Source: an uncultured Verrucomicrobiae bacterium (GTDB lineage: Bacteria; Verrucomicrobiota; Verrucomicrobiia; Limisphaerales; Palsa-1400). Taken from it: a stretch of DNA of 64,000 bases. The stretch's first letter is position 1; each line of letters starts with the position of its first letter. Under the pieces are notes generated by a model, which saw only the letters and a list, made by a program, of their open reading frames with translations, was not told the DNA's origin and ran no database searches. The stretch spans positions 1 to 64,000 of the forward strand of contig CAVPOM010000017.1 of the NCBI GenBank assembly GCA_963707025.1, given 5' to 3'. A program made the position numbers and the translations under genes. Below, in pieces: positions 29,715-42,317 of this stretch.

Positions 29715-30641
29715 TTACAACCTCTCCCAGCCTTTGCCGGCGGGGGCGGCGGGGAAAAGGGCGGGCTGGATGATTTGGGCCAGGATTTCCAGCGAATCCA
29801 CCAGGCGCGGGCCGGGCCGGTTGAAATAGGAGTTGCCGTCCACCAAAAAAACCTGGCCCGTCTTGACGGCCCGCAGGGTTTGCCATTCGGGCTTTGCCGC
29901 CAAGGCGGCCGCTTCGCGGCGGGTGCGGTCCAGATCGAATCCGCACGGCATGAGGACGATGAGGTCAGGGTCGCTCCGGCGCAAGGTTTCCCATTCCAGC
30001 CAGGAAGAGGGCTGGCCGGGCTGGCCAAACAGGTGCCGGCCACCGGCGAATTCCACCATCTCGGGAACCCAATGGCCGGCCGCCATGAGCGGGTCCAGCC
30101 AATCCAGGCAGGCCACGGCGGGACGGCGCTGGATCAGGCAGGTTTTTTGGATGACATCCACGACGCGTTCCTTCAGGGCCGTGAGCAATTGGCGGCCTCG
30201 TTCCGTCAAGCCCAGCGCGTCCGCCACCGTTTGAATGTCCTGCCACAGATCGGCCAGGCGGGCGGGGGACAGGGAAATGATTTTGGGGCGAAAGCCGGGC
30301 GCGGGGGCCTGGGCCAGCGCCTTCTCCAGGTCGGAAAGGCTGACGGCGCAAACTTCGCACCGGGCTTGTGTCAAGATCAGATCGGGGCGCAATTTGCGAA
30401 GCTGCTCCGCGTCAATCTCGTAAAGGGACAGGGCGCGCTGCCCGAGGGCCTTGACCTCGCGGTCTATGGCGGCGCTGCCGTCCGGGCGCAGCAGGCGCAG
30501 CGAGGTGCAGACGGGCAGGGCGCTGATTTCCGGCGGGAAATCGCACTGGTGGGAGCGGCCCTTGAGCCGTTGGGCGCCGCCCAGGGCGCAAACGATCTCG
30601 GTGCAACTCGGAAGCAACGAGACAATCCGGCTGGCTCTCAT
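29715..30641 (-). CDS. BtuF-like cobalamin/iron substrate-binding protein; no signal peptide
   Basis: RIVSLLPSCTEIV, SHQCDFP, YFNRPGPRL. Confidence 0.85.
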   Translation of the reverse strand: MRASRIVSLLPSCTEIVCALGGAQRLKGRSHQCDFPPEISALPVCTSLRLLRPDGSAAIDREVKALGQRALSLYEIDAEQLRKLRPDLILTQARCEVCAVSLSDLEKALAQAPAPGFRPKIISLSPARLADLWQDIQTVADALGLTERGRQLLTALKERVVDVIQKTCLIQRRPAVACLDWLDPLMAAGHWVPEMVEFAGGRHLFGQPGQPSSWLEWETLRRSDPDLIVLMPCGFDLDRTRREAAALAAKPEWQTLRAVKTGQVFLVDGNSYFNRPGPRLVDSLEILAQIIQPALFPAAPAGKGWERL

Positions 30642-30798
30642 GGCAGAACCAATGACGAAGAACGGACGAAAGGTCAAGCCGCCAGGCAGTGTCCCGACTT
30701 GATTATTGTAGTGTCGGCGCTGTGCGCCGATTTCGAGCCATAGGCTCGACACTACAACAAATTACCCCCCGCCAGCCGCCATGTCATCCGGCCTGAAT

Positions 30799-33290
<2,492 letters not shown>

Positions 33291-34241
33291 ATATCGCGGA
33301 AACTAATGCCACGCGGGCCGGGCATTGCCAACTCCTTTCTTGTTTTTTTGCACTCCTCCCTTGCCCGGCTTCCGCCGGGGCGGCGAACCGGGCGTCAGAA
33401 AAACTCTTCAAATGGGTCGGCAACGCCTGTGTCCGGGCCAAAGCGGAACCGGCGATCTGCCCTCCCCGAGCCTTCGCCTTCAGGGCGCGCCTTCCGTTTC
33501 GTGGGCGGGGTTGAGGAACTTGCGGCGGGCGGCCTCAACCTCTTCATCGCTCATTCGGACGTATAATCCCCTGCGCACTTTTCCCTCGAATGCTTCCTGC
33601 TGTCTCGCATCAAAGCATCGCGGAGTGATTGGTGATCGGGAAAGCGGCATGGGGCCTCAGTCTTTTGCTTGAGATGTTGCAGGAACCGCTGATAGACAAA
33701 CGCTGCGTCTGTTGACACAAGTCCGACCACAACTCGATGCGGCAGGGAGTCGAAAGCCTTGCGGGCGTTCGTCTAGCGCCCATTTTAATCGCCTGTTTCC
33801 GTGCGCAAACGCACGTGAAATTTTTCTTCCGAAATTTTGCCTGTTCGCGCCTTTGCGTTAAAATGTCCTTCTTTGGCAACCTGCACGGCAGTCCAACACT
33901 CCGTTTGGCCAAAATCAGCCCCCACGGCAGCCAAAACCGCCTTTCCCACAAACTATTTTCACTTTTGCAAATCCGCTTGTTTGGGGGCAAAACCACTTTG
34001 ACCGGGTGTTGACAAGGCTTTTATTGGGGTCGAAGACCCCGTTTTTCGGCATGCATTTTGTACCCACGGTGGGCAGTCGCTTTTTCAAATCCGTGGTTTA
34101 ATAGTCCTATGAACCCTAAATTAACATTAGTCCAGCCGGAACATGCCAGCCACGACACCGATGAGGAAGGGGATGCCACCGCCGCGACCAAGCCCTGCGC
34201 GTCTCCCCAATTGAGAAACAGCGGCGACTTGGGCGCGGCGA

Positions 34242-34355
34242 TTGGGGAGCGCACGCGCCTTCGCGTGCAGTCAGCGACGCCCCCGTCGCTGACATCCGGC
34301 CGTGGGTTCAGCGAGGGCGCTGAACCCGGCACGCGAGGGCGCGTGCGCTCCCCAA
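34242..34355. repeat. Nested palindromic REP/MITE-like element
   Basis: 27-bp outer inverted repeat (1 mismatch) enclosing hairpins gtcagcgac/gtcgctgac and gggttcagcg/cgctgaaccc. Confidence 0.85.
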
Positions 34356-34392
34356 CTACCGGCGAATCGGATGGGGCGCGCCGCCAGCCCCA

Positions 34393-34452
34393 ATTTCAGT
34401 TAATTTCACCTGGTTTCACCTGGTTTCACTTGATTTCAGCTAATTTCAGTTC
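34393..34452. repeat. Six degenerate 10-bp tandem units
   Basis: atttcagtta atttcacctg gtttcacctg gtttcacttg atttcagcta atttcagttc. Confidence 0.85.
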
Positions 34453-34704
34453 CGGAGGGCAGGGGGGGAGGGCTTCGCGGGAATGTTTTTCACACCGATT
34501 CGGACATTGCTTTCCTTTCAACTTATGATTTGTCCGGCCATTCCAAAACAAAGCGCGGCGAAACCCGCCCTTGACTCTCTCCCGGCCCTGGCCTCATCCT
34601 TGACGATATGAAACCCGCGCCAGTCCTCCAAGTACCGCGTTCCCGCCCCGGCCAGCGGGCCGCGATTCCTCGGGAAAGCACGGTCAAAGCTCCATCCTTT
34701 TAAT

Positions 34705-37242
34705 ATGAAAAAAGTTGCCCTCTTATCTCTCCTCCCGGTCCTCCTGGCCGGCGCGGCTTATGCCCAGGATGCCTCTTCCACCAACACCCCCGCCGCCGAG
34801 GCTCCAGCGCCTCCCCCGCCTTTGTTTGTGGTGGCGGGCGTTGATCGCGATGTGGTGATGCCTGGAAAAACCTACCTCATTGGGTATGCCGGGTATAACA
34901 ATCCCGCCCCGCGCCGCGGCGGCGGCGGCGGCGGACGGCGCAACGGCGGCGGCGCACCGGCCCGCACCGGCCCGGCGGTCACGGTCGCCTGGACCAAGGC
35001 TTCCGGCCCCGGCACGGTGACCTTCGCCGACAAGGACAAGGCGGAAACGACCGCGACCTTCTCCCAAACCGGCGCTTATGTTTTGCAATTGAGCGGCCAG
35101 AACGGCGCGACCAACCTCGCCTCCACCCTGACCGTGCGTGTGGCACAGGCGCCGCCCAAGGACCGCCTGGACGTGGTCTATACGAAGAACTATATAATTG
35201 ACAGCCCGCTCTGGAACGACCGCGCCAAGTCCTTGATCACCGGCTGGATTCCCCATTGCATTGATCAGATCAACCGCACCAACCTGACGCAGGGCCAGGG
35301 CGGGATTGATAATTTCATCGAAGCGGCCAAGGCGTTGCGCGGGGAGCCTTACACGCCCCACAAAGGGTATGTTTTCGCCAACGCCTGGGTCCATCAAACC
35401 GTCGAGGCCATGTCCATCGCACTCATGATTGATCCCCGGGGCGACCCGGACATCATCAAAGCCCAGGAAAAATTCCGCGCCACCCTGGAGGATTGGATTC
35501 CCAAGATTCTCGCCGCCCAGGAGCCGGACGGCTATCTGCAAACCGCTTTCACCGCCCGGCCGCCAAATTCACCCTGGACCGAACACTGGTCTCCGCGGTT
35601 TCGCGGCAATCACGAAGGCTACACCGCGGGCTACTTTATCGAATCCGCCATCAATCATTACACCATGACCGGCGGCAAGGACACCCGCCTCTATGACGCC
35701 GCCAAAAAGCTGGCCGACTGCTGGGTCGCCCACATCGGGCCGGAACCGGGCAAGAAAGTTTGGTTCGACGGCCATCAGGAGATGGAGCAGGCGCTGGTCC
35801 GCTTTGGGCGGTTCGTCAACGACATGGAGGGGAACAGGCGCGGCGACGCCTACGTCAAGCTGGCCAAATTTCTCCTCGATTCACGCCAGGGCGGTTCGGA
35901 ATACGATCAGAGCCACCTGCCCATGATCGAGCAATACGAGGCCGTGGGCCACGCCGTCCGCGCCGCCTACACCTACTCCGGCATGGCCGACGTCGCCGCC
36001 GAAACGCACGACACCGACTACCAGAGCGCGGTCCTTTCCCTGTGGGACAATATCGTCAACAAGAAGTATTATGTGACCGGCGGCATCGGCAGCGGCGAAA
36101 CCTCGGAAGGATTCGGCCCGAACTATTCCCTGCGCAACGGCGCCTACTGCGAATCCTGCTCCACTTGCGGCCTGATCTTCTTCCAATACAAAATGAACCT
36201 GGCCTACCACGACGCCAAGTACGCCGATTTGTACGAGGAATCCCTTTACAATGCCCTGCTCGGCGCGACCGATCTGGACGGCCAGACCTTCTTTTACGAC
36301 AACCCGCTGGTGGACGGCCGGCGCACCTCCTGGCACACCTGCCCCTGCTGCGTCGGCAACATCCCCCGCACCCTCCTCATGCTTCCCACCTGGACCTATG
36401 TCCGGGGCGACGACGGCCTCTACGTCAATCTTTTCATCGGCAGCACCATCAACGTGGAAAAGGTTTCCGGCCCCCCTTCCTTCCGGTTTCGCCCGTTGGG
36501 AAAACAGGCCAGCTACACCGAGCTCGTCCCCACTCCCAAGACCGGAGTGCAAATGGTGCAAAAAACCGATTATCCGTGGAGCGGCAATGTTTCCATCACC
36601 GTCAATCCCAAGGAATCAAAGAAGTTCACCGTTTATGTGCGCGTGCCCAACCGCGGCACCAGCGAGCTTTACACCGATGCTCCCCAGGTTAGCGGCCTGG
36701 TTTCCCTCGCCGTCAACGGCCAAAAAATGACGCCGCAAATTGACAAAGGTTACGCCGTCATCAACCGCACCTGGCGCGCCGGCGACAAGATTGAGGTCGT
36801 GCTGCCCATGCAAGTCCAGCGCGTCACGGCCGACCCGCAAATCGCGGCGGACAGGGGACTGGAGGCGCTGCGCTATGGTCCTCTGCTTTACAATGTGGAA
36901 CGGGCGGACAACGCCGCCATCACCAATGCCATCGGCAACGGGCCATTGACGGCGGTGTGGCGGCCGGACCTCCTGCACGGCGTCATGGCCATCACCGGCA
37001 CCTGGGCTGACGGCAGCCCGCTCCTGGCCATTCCCAATTACGCCCGCCTCAATCGTCTCGCCCAGACCGCCCCCGCCCCCGCGGCCGGCGGCGATGCCTC
37101 CATCAACTATGCCGGCAACACCTCCACCAACGCGCCCGGCTCAACCAACCGGGTCGCCGCGGGTGGCGGCGGTTTCGCCGGCGGCCGTGGCGGCCGTGGC
37201 GGCCCGGTGCGTTCCGAAGTCTGGATCAAGGCGCAGCCTTGA
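34705..37242 (+). CDS. Secreted glycoside hydrolase family 127 (beta-L-arabinofuranosidase-like) with an N-terminal PKD-like domain
   Basis: Signal peptide; HEGY, GHAVRA, VTGGIGS, YCESC, CPCC. Confidence 0.88.
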   Translation: MKKVALLSLLPVLLAGAAYAQDASSTNTPAAEAPAPPPPLFVVAGVDRDVVMPGKTYLIGYAGYNNPAPRRGGGGGGRRNGGGAPARTGPAVTVAWTKASGPGTVTFADKDKAETTATFSQTGAYVLQLSGQNGATNLASTLTVRVAQAPPKDRLDVVYTKNYIIDSPLWNDRAKSLITGWIPHCIDQINRTNLTQGQGGIDNFIEAAKALRGEPYTPHKGYVFANAWVHQTVEAMSIALMIDPRGDPDIIKAQEKFRATLEDWIPKILAAQEPDGYLQTAFTARPPNSPWTEHWSPRFRGNHEGYTAGYFIESAINHYTMTGGKDTRLYDAAKKLADCWVAHIGPEPGKKVWFDGHQEMEQALVRFGRFVNDMEGNRRGDAYVKLAKFLLDSRQGGSEYDQSHLPMIEQYEAVGHAVRAAYTYSGMADVAAETHDTDYQSAVLSLWDNIVNKKYYVTGGIGSGETSEGFGPNYSLRNGAYCESCSTCGLIFFQYKMNLAYHDAKYADLYEESLYNALLGATDLDGQTFFYDNPLVDGRRTSWHTCPCCVGNIPRTLLMLPTWTYVRGDDGLYVNLFIGSTINVEKVSGPPSFRFRPLGKQASYTELVPTPKTGVQMVQKTDYPWSGNVSITVNPKESKKFTVYVRVPNRGTSELYTDAPQVSGLVSLAVNGQKMTPQIDKGYAVINRTWRAGDKIEVVLPMQVQRVTADPQIAADRGLEALRYGPLLYNVERADNAAITNAIGNGPLTAVWRPDLLHGVMAITGTWADGSPLLAIPNYARLNRLAQTAPAPAAGGDASINYAGNTSTNAPGSTNRVAAGGGGFAGGRGGRGGPVRSEVWIKAQP

Positions 37243-37250
37243 TTGTCCGT

Positions 37251-37275
37251 TGTAGCGGCGGTCTGTGACCGCCGC
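37251..37275 (+). repeat. GTAG-type REP
   Basis: tgtagcggcggtctgtgaccgccgc; 24/25 identical inverted copy at 40641-40665. Confidence 0.8.
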
Positions 37276-37315
37276 ACTCCGAATTGAGGGGGGGGCGTAA
37301 TCGCGGCCTGATCTT

Positions 37316-39136
37316 ATGAAGAGCATATTCTTAGTATTGACTGCGCTGGTGACCACCTCCTGCGCGCCGTTCCTCCAGCCGCCGCCGCAAACATTGTCCT
37401 TCGTCGTCTCCCTGGAGCACCCCGCCGACAGGCTTTGCCATGTGGATTTTCATTGCGACGGGCTGAATGGCGGGACGCACGACTTCATCATGCCAGCCTG
37501 GACGCCCGGGTACTACCGGATGATGAACTACGCCAAAAACGTCACCAATTTCACCGCCCGGGACGGCGCGGGCCGCGCCCTGGCGTGGGCCAGGACCGAC
37601 AGCAACACCTGGCGGGTCCAATCCGGCGGCGCCGCCGTCCTGACCGTCAGCTACGATGTCATCCCCGGCCAGGCGATTTTCCAAAGCAGCCTGAGCGAAG
37701 CCAGCGCCTACATCGCGCCCACCGGCACCTACATGCACTTGGACGGCCAGATTCTGCACCCCGTCACTGTCACCCTCAAGCCCAAGGACGGCTGGACCAC
37801 CATCGCCACCGGCCTGGACCCCGTGCCCGGCCGGAGCAACACCTTTTACGCGCCGAACTTCGATATTCTCTATGACTGCCCGACGTTGCTGGGCAAATTG
37901 GAGGTCCTGCCCTTTGCGGTGCGGGGCATCCACCACGAATTCGACGGCCTGAACCTGGGCGAATTTGATCGCGCGAAATTCGTCAGCGAACTCAAGCGCA
38001 TGGTCGAATCGGCCACCACGATGATGGGTGATATTCCTTACCAACATTATACCTTCATCGTCAGCGGGCGCGGCGGCGGCATTGAGCATCTGGACGAAAC
38101 GACGCTGCCATTTAACGGTTCGAGCATCAGCACGGCGGTGGGGAACAAAAAATGGCTGAGCTTCGTGGCGCACGAGTACTTTCATAATTTCAACGTCAAG
38201 CGCATCCGCCCCATCGTGCTCGGCCCGTTTGATTACGAGCACGAAAACCGCACCAGCATGCTCTGGGTTTCCGAGGGCTTCACCGTCTATTACGAATGGA
38301 TCATCCTCCGCCGCGCCGGCCTGCTGGACGCGGAGGATGTGTTGAACGGTTCGGGCGGGGAGCGGGGCTTTCGCGGTTTGTCCGGGTCCATCGCCGCCTA
38401 TGAAAACTCTCCCGGCCATCTTTACCAGTCGGCGGCGGAGGCGAGCTGGAAGGAATGGGACCAGCCCTCCTTCGGCGGCTCCAACCGCGGCGGCCCCAGG
38501 CTGACCATCAGCTATTATGACAAAGGCCCCGTGCTGGGCGCCTTGCTCGACTTGAAAATCCGCCATGAGTCGCAAAACAGAAAGTCCCTCGATGACGTCA
38601 TGCGCGGCCTCTACAAGGAGTATTACCAGGATAAGAAGTGCGGCTTCACCGACCTGGAATTTCGCCAGATGTGCGAACGCATGGCCGGCGCCAGGCTGGA
38701 GGAGGAGTTCGACCGCGCCTACACCACCAAGCCGGTGGACTATCCCAAGTATTTCGACTATGCCGGCCTGGATATTGTCATGCCCAAACCGCTGCCCGGC
38801 GGCGCTTTTGGCGCGATGGTGCGCGACAGCAACGGCAAACTCACCGTCACCGCCGTGGAACCCCTTTCCTCCGCCGCCCAGGCGGGCCTTCTGGCGCAGG
38901 ACGAAATCGCCACCGCCGACGGTGCAGCCGTCACCGCCGCCTCCTTCAACCAACTCCTCGATTCCAAGAAGCCGGGCGATGAAATTGAAGTCGCCTATTC
39001 CCGCGCCGGCGCAACCCACACCGCCAGGATTGCCTTGGGCCGCAAGATGGACAATGCCACCTTCGCCATCACCCCCCAGCCGCATCCCACCGCCCTGCAA
39101 GCCGCCATCCTAAAAGACTGGCTGCGCGGCCCGTAG
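37316..39136 (+). CDS. M61-family metallopeptidase with PDZ domain
   Basis: MPAWTPG, GGIEH, AHEYFH, WVSEGFTVY, SYYDKG. Confidence 0.92.
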   Translation: MKSIFLVLTALVTTSCAPFLQPPPQTLSFVVSLEHPADRLCHVDFHCDGLNGGTHDFIMPAWTPGYYRMMNYAKNVTNFTARDGAGRALAWARTDSNTWRVQSGGAAVLTVSYDVIPGQAIFQSSLSEASAYIAPTGTYMHLDGQILHPVTVTLKPKDGWTTIATGLDPVPGRSNTFYAPNFDILYDCPTLLGKLEVLPFAVRGIHHEFDGLNLGEFDRAKFVSELKRMVESATTMMGDIPYQHYTFIVSGRGGGIEHLDETTLPFNGSSISTAVGNKKWLSFVAHEYFHNFNVKRIRPIVLGPFDYEHENRTSMLWVSEGFTVYYEWIILRRAGLLDAEDVLNGSGGERGFRGLSGSIAAYENSPGHLYQSAAEASWKEWDQPSFGGSNRGGPRLTISYYDKGPVLGALLDLKIRHESQNRKSLDDVMRGLYKEYYQDKKCGFTDLEFRQMCERMAGARLEEEFDRAYTTKPVDYPKYFDYAGLDIVMPKPLPGGAFGAMVRDSNGKLTVTAVEPLSSAAQAGLLAQDEIATADGAAVTAASFNQLLDSKKPGDEIEVAYSRAGATHTARIALGRKMDNATFAITPQPHPTALQAAILKDWLRGP

Positions 39137-39160
39137 CCCCCAAATGAACCTTTAGGATAA

Positions 39161-40522
39161 ATGTCCCCGATCCTTGCAGACGGCATCAACATCCCAATGG
39201 TATTGGAGGGCGGGATCTTAGTTCTGGCACCAGTAATGCTTTTTGAAATCTTGGTGGAAGCGGCCCTCTTGTCGAAGTTGTGGGGGCGACCTTTTCGTCA
39301 ACTCTGCCGATTCACTTTCCGCGCCAACTGCTGGTCGCTTTTGGCGGGAATCCCGGTTCTGTTTCTGAGTTATTGGATACACGACAGGATGGTGCCGGAG
39401 GATTTGCCGGGTTACTCTGTCAAGGAACCGTTGGCCTTCTCCACCGTGGCCTTGATCTATTTCCTTGCCACCGTAATGGTAGAGGGTGCAACTGCCTTCC
39501 GCTGGCTTCGCCGGAGTGAGACCGCGCTGCCTGCCAACACAACGTGGAAAGGAGTTCTGCTCGCAAACCTGGCCACTTACGCCGTGCTTGCGCCGCTGTT
39601 TTACTACACTTCTCACCCGATCTCCCCGATTCGCGAGTTTGCCTCCAACGCCGCGTGGTCGAGCCATCCGAAAGTAAAGGTCGTATTCATTGACGGCCAG
39701 GATGGACGCCTAAAATCGGTATGTGTGGACGGGTCTGACCGGGAGACGGTTGTGCCGATGAAGGTTAGGGATTATCTGGTTTCAGGGGATTTGAAGACCT
39801 GCCTTTTCCGGGATTCGTTCCGCAATCTTTGCCTTTATCGCCGGGATGCCAGTCAGAGCAATTTGGTCAATCTGGTGTTGGGAACCGAGGAGCGATTTCG
39901 GATGAACCAAGTTGCATTCAGCCCCTCTGGGCGATTCGTGGCTTTTGCCAGCGCGCTGGGGAAGTATGTTGAAGTAATTAACGTCGCGTCTGGCAAAGGG
40001 GTGCGCCAATCGTTGGACGCTCAAGCAATCCGCTCCGGCAACCCTTCCATCGCGTGGTCAAGTGAAGAGAGCCGGCTTATTGTGCGTGGCTTCACCGCCG
40101 ATTCCGCGATCACAATCCAGCCGGACTTCACCCTCACCTACCACCCGATTGCCGGCACCAACGGTTTGGTTGTTTTTGTGTGCTACGGTCACTCTGCGGG
40201 CGATGATTCAGAACAGTCTTATGCTCAAGATTCCTACGGAGACGTTGAGGTGGTGGACTTGGATGCTTATGGCAGGAGCATTCTCTCAGTCCATCGGAAG
40301 AATGAAGCGGAAAAGCCCATCCTATACTTGTCGGTGCCAAAAGCTCGCTATCCCTTGCCCAGGTTTTCTTCGGACGCTGCGTTTCTCGAGGGTGGCCGGG
40401 AATGCCTCTTCGAGGCCAATGGCCGAATCTACCTTTTGGACATCACCGCGAAACGAGTCGGAATGGTGGCAAGCGGGGACGCTTTCATCCTCCTGACCGA
40501 CCGTTATCAGAGCCGGCCTTGA
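39161..40522 (+). CDS. Hypothetical membrane protein with a C-terminal TolB/WD-like propeller
   Basis: About four N-terminal TM helices; AFSPSGRFVAF, IAWSSEE; lower GC than neighbours. Confidence 0.65.
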   Translation: MSPILADGINIPMVLEGGILVLAPVMLFEILVEAALLSKLWGRPFRQLCRFTFRANCWSLLAGIPVLFLSYWIHDRMVPEDLPGYSVKEPLAFSTVALIYFLATVMVEGATAFRWLRRSETALPANTTWKGVLLANLATYAVLAPLFYYTSHPISPIREFASNAAWSSHPKVKVVFIDGQDGRLKSVCVDGSDRETVVPMKVRDYLVSGDLKTCLFRDSFRNLCLYRRDASQSNLVNLVLGTEERFRMNQVAFSPSGRFVAFASALGKYVEVINVASGKGVRQSLDAQAIRSGNPSIAWSSEESRLIVRGFTADSAITIQPDFTLTYHPIAGTNGLVVFVCYGHSAGDDSEQSYAQDSYGDVEVVDLDAYGRSILSVHRKNEAEKPILYLSVPKARYPLPRFSSDAAFLEGGRECLFEANGRIYLLDITAKRVGMVASGDAFILLTDRYQSRP

Positions 40523-40640
40523 GTACATAGTTGTCGTCGGCGCAGGGGTCTCGGCGGGGTCAAACCGAATTATTGGCTTATTGATGTTCGTCGCGCCAAA
40601 ACCCCGGAGAACCGCTGGCCAGGGGGAAGGCGCCATGCTG

Positions 40641-40665
40641 GCGGCGGTCATAGACCGCCGCTACA
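40641..40665 (-). repeat. GTAG-type REP (inverted copy)
   Basis: gcggcggtcatagaccgccgctaca. Confidence 0.8.
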
Positions 40666-40679
40666 GGGGGGTTTGGGAA

Positions 40680-42311
40680 TCACTGCGGGACGGTGGCGGC
40701 GTCGAGATTGAAGCGGTTGCTCGGGCCGATTTGCACCTGGCCGGTCACGCGCCAGAATGGGCCGGCGGGCGCGGCGCCGGAGGCGTTGGCCGCGTTGTTT
40801 TTATAATTGACGTTGTTGTTGTCCAGAAAGTTCTGATTTTGACTGGCCGGGGGGCGGACTGGCGCCGGCGCCGCGTTTTTCAAGGCCTCATAATTGCCGG
40901 CCAATATCTGGGATTGATTGGACAGATTCCCGCCGGCCAGAGATGCGCCCGGTTGCAACGGCACATTGATGCAGCTTCCCACGATGGTGACGGACTGGTT
41001 GAGCTTCCGGTTCAAGCCGCTGACTTGAAAGGCGAAGCCGCTGCCGTCGCCGGCCTGTGGTGCTCCGGCCAATTTCGCCAGGTCCGCGCCGGGGGCCGGG
41101 GCTTGAATTTGCGCGGCGTTGTCATAAATCGCCGACTTGGGCGGCAACTCGCCGGCGTTGGCCTGGGCATCCACGTATCCATTTTTTTGCGCCGCGACAT
41201 TGCCGCTGTAAGCGTTCTGCTGCGCCACGCCCGCCGCGTTGGCCGCGCCGGGTGGAACACCCGCATCCTTGGCGGCCCGGCGCTCGGCCAGGTCGGCCGC
41301 CTGCAACTTGTCGAGCAGCTCCGGAGTTACCACCCGCCCCTCGTAATCCGAGCCGTCCGCGTCCACGATGCGAACCAACTCTCCAGTCCGTTCAATCTGA
41401 AACGAGGCCAGGACCTGGGACGACGGCGTTTCGATCTTCTTGACACTATCCGCGAGGGCATTTTGGGCCGGCGGCAGTTCTGATCGAAACATGCGTTGCG
41501 CGAAGGTGGCAGAGGCTTGCGCACGGCGGGTTGCGGCCGAAGATTCGGCTTGGCCGGCCACGACCTGTCTTCCGGTTGCGGCCGGTGGAATGGAAGCAAG
41601 TTGCGAAGGCGGTTTTGCGGCTGCCAAGCGCGCACCGCCACCACGGCCGCCACCGCCGCCTCCGCCGAAGCCGCCAGCGACACCGCCTCTGGCTGCGCCG
41701 CCTGCAATTTCGCCGCCGGCAATGCCGGCAGGCTCGTTGGCGGGGAGACCGCCGGTGGTTGCCAGGTTCGGCGGTTCCTTTGATTTCTCGAACGTCGCCT
41801 TCGCGCCGGCCTCGTCCAACGAACGCGACCGATCCATTGCCAGCAGGTCGTTCGTGGCCGGTGCGGAAAGAGCGGCAGCCCCAAGCGGGGTCCTGGCAGC
41901 CTCGGCCAATGGGGCCTCTTTGGCGGCCACCGGCGGCAGCATGGCGGGCGCGGCCGCCGGTTGGCCGGGCGCCGGCGCCGGCGCAGCGGCTGCGAGCGAA
42001 GCTGGGGCGGTTTTTTTATCGGCTTTGGCAAATTGCTTGCTTTTGGCTTTGCCCGGCACGCCCAGCAGGCAGAACATCACCAGCGCGGCGACCGCTCCAC
42101 CCAGGGCCAGACGCAGCCAGCCGGTCAGGGAAAGTCCCCAGCGCGGCGCGGGCGCGGCGGTGGGTTTCCCCAGGGTGCGGCGGACCTCCTCCTGCAAGCG
42201 CGCGCGAACGTCGGGCGACATCTCGAAGGGCGCTCCGGCTTCCTCCCGGCGCTGGCGGGCGTAGGCCCGGAGCAGGTCTTCCATTTTCTTGTTTGGATCC
42301 GGCGGCGGCAT
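40680..42311 (-). CDS. Putative anti-sigma-like single-TM protein
   Basis: Directly downstream of the ECF sigma; short cytoplasmic N-terminus, one TM, Ala/Pro/Gly-rich periplasmic part. Confidence 0.6.
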   Translation of the reverse strand: MPPPDPNKKMEDLLRAYARQRREEAGAPFEMSPDVRARLQEEVRRTLGKPTAAPAPRWGLSLTGWLRLALGGAVAALVMFCLLGVPGKAKSKQFAKADKKTAPASLAAAAPAPAPGQPAAAPAMLPPVAAKEAPLAEAARTPLGAAALSAPATNDLLAMDRSRSLDEAGAKATFEKSKEPPNLATTGGLPANEPAGIAGGEIAGGAARGGVAGGFGGGGGGGRGGGARLAAAKPPSQLASIPPAATGRQVVAGQAESSAATRRAQASATFAQRMFRSELPPAQNALADSVKKIETPSSQVLASFQIERTGELVRIVDADGSDYEGRVVTPELLDKLQAADLAERRAAKDAGVPPGAANAAGVAQQNAYSGNVAAQKNGYVDAQANAGELPPKSAIYDNAAQIQAPAPGADLAKLAGAPQAGDGSGFAFQVSGLNRKLNQSVTIVGSCINVPLQPGASLAGGNLSNQSQILAGNYEALKNAAPAPVRPPASQNQNFLDNNNVNYKNNAANASGAAPAGPFWRVTGQVQIGPSNRFNLDAATVPQ

Positions 42312-42317
42312 ATAGGA

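Noticed and set aside
30642..30798. Cobalamin riboswitch before the BtuF-like gene
   Set aside because: The gap is short and no B12-box or conserved core is visible.
39137..40640. Integron cassette for the lower-GC membrane gene
   Set aside because: No convincing attC (RYYYAAC...GTTRRRY) pairing and no integron integrase.
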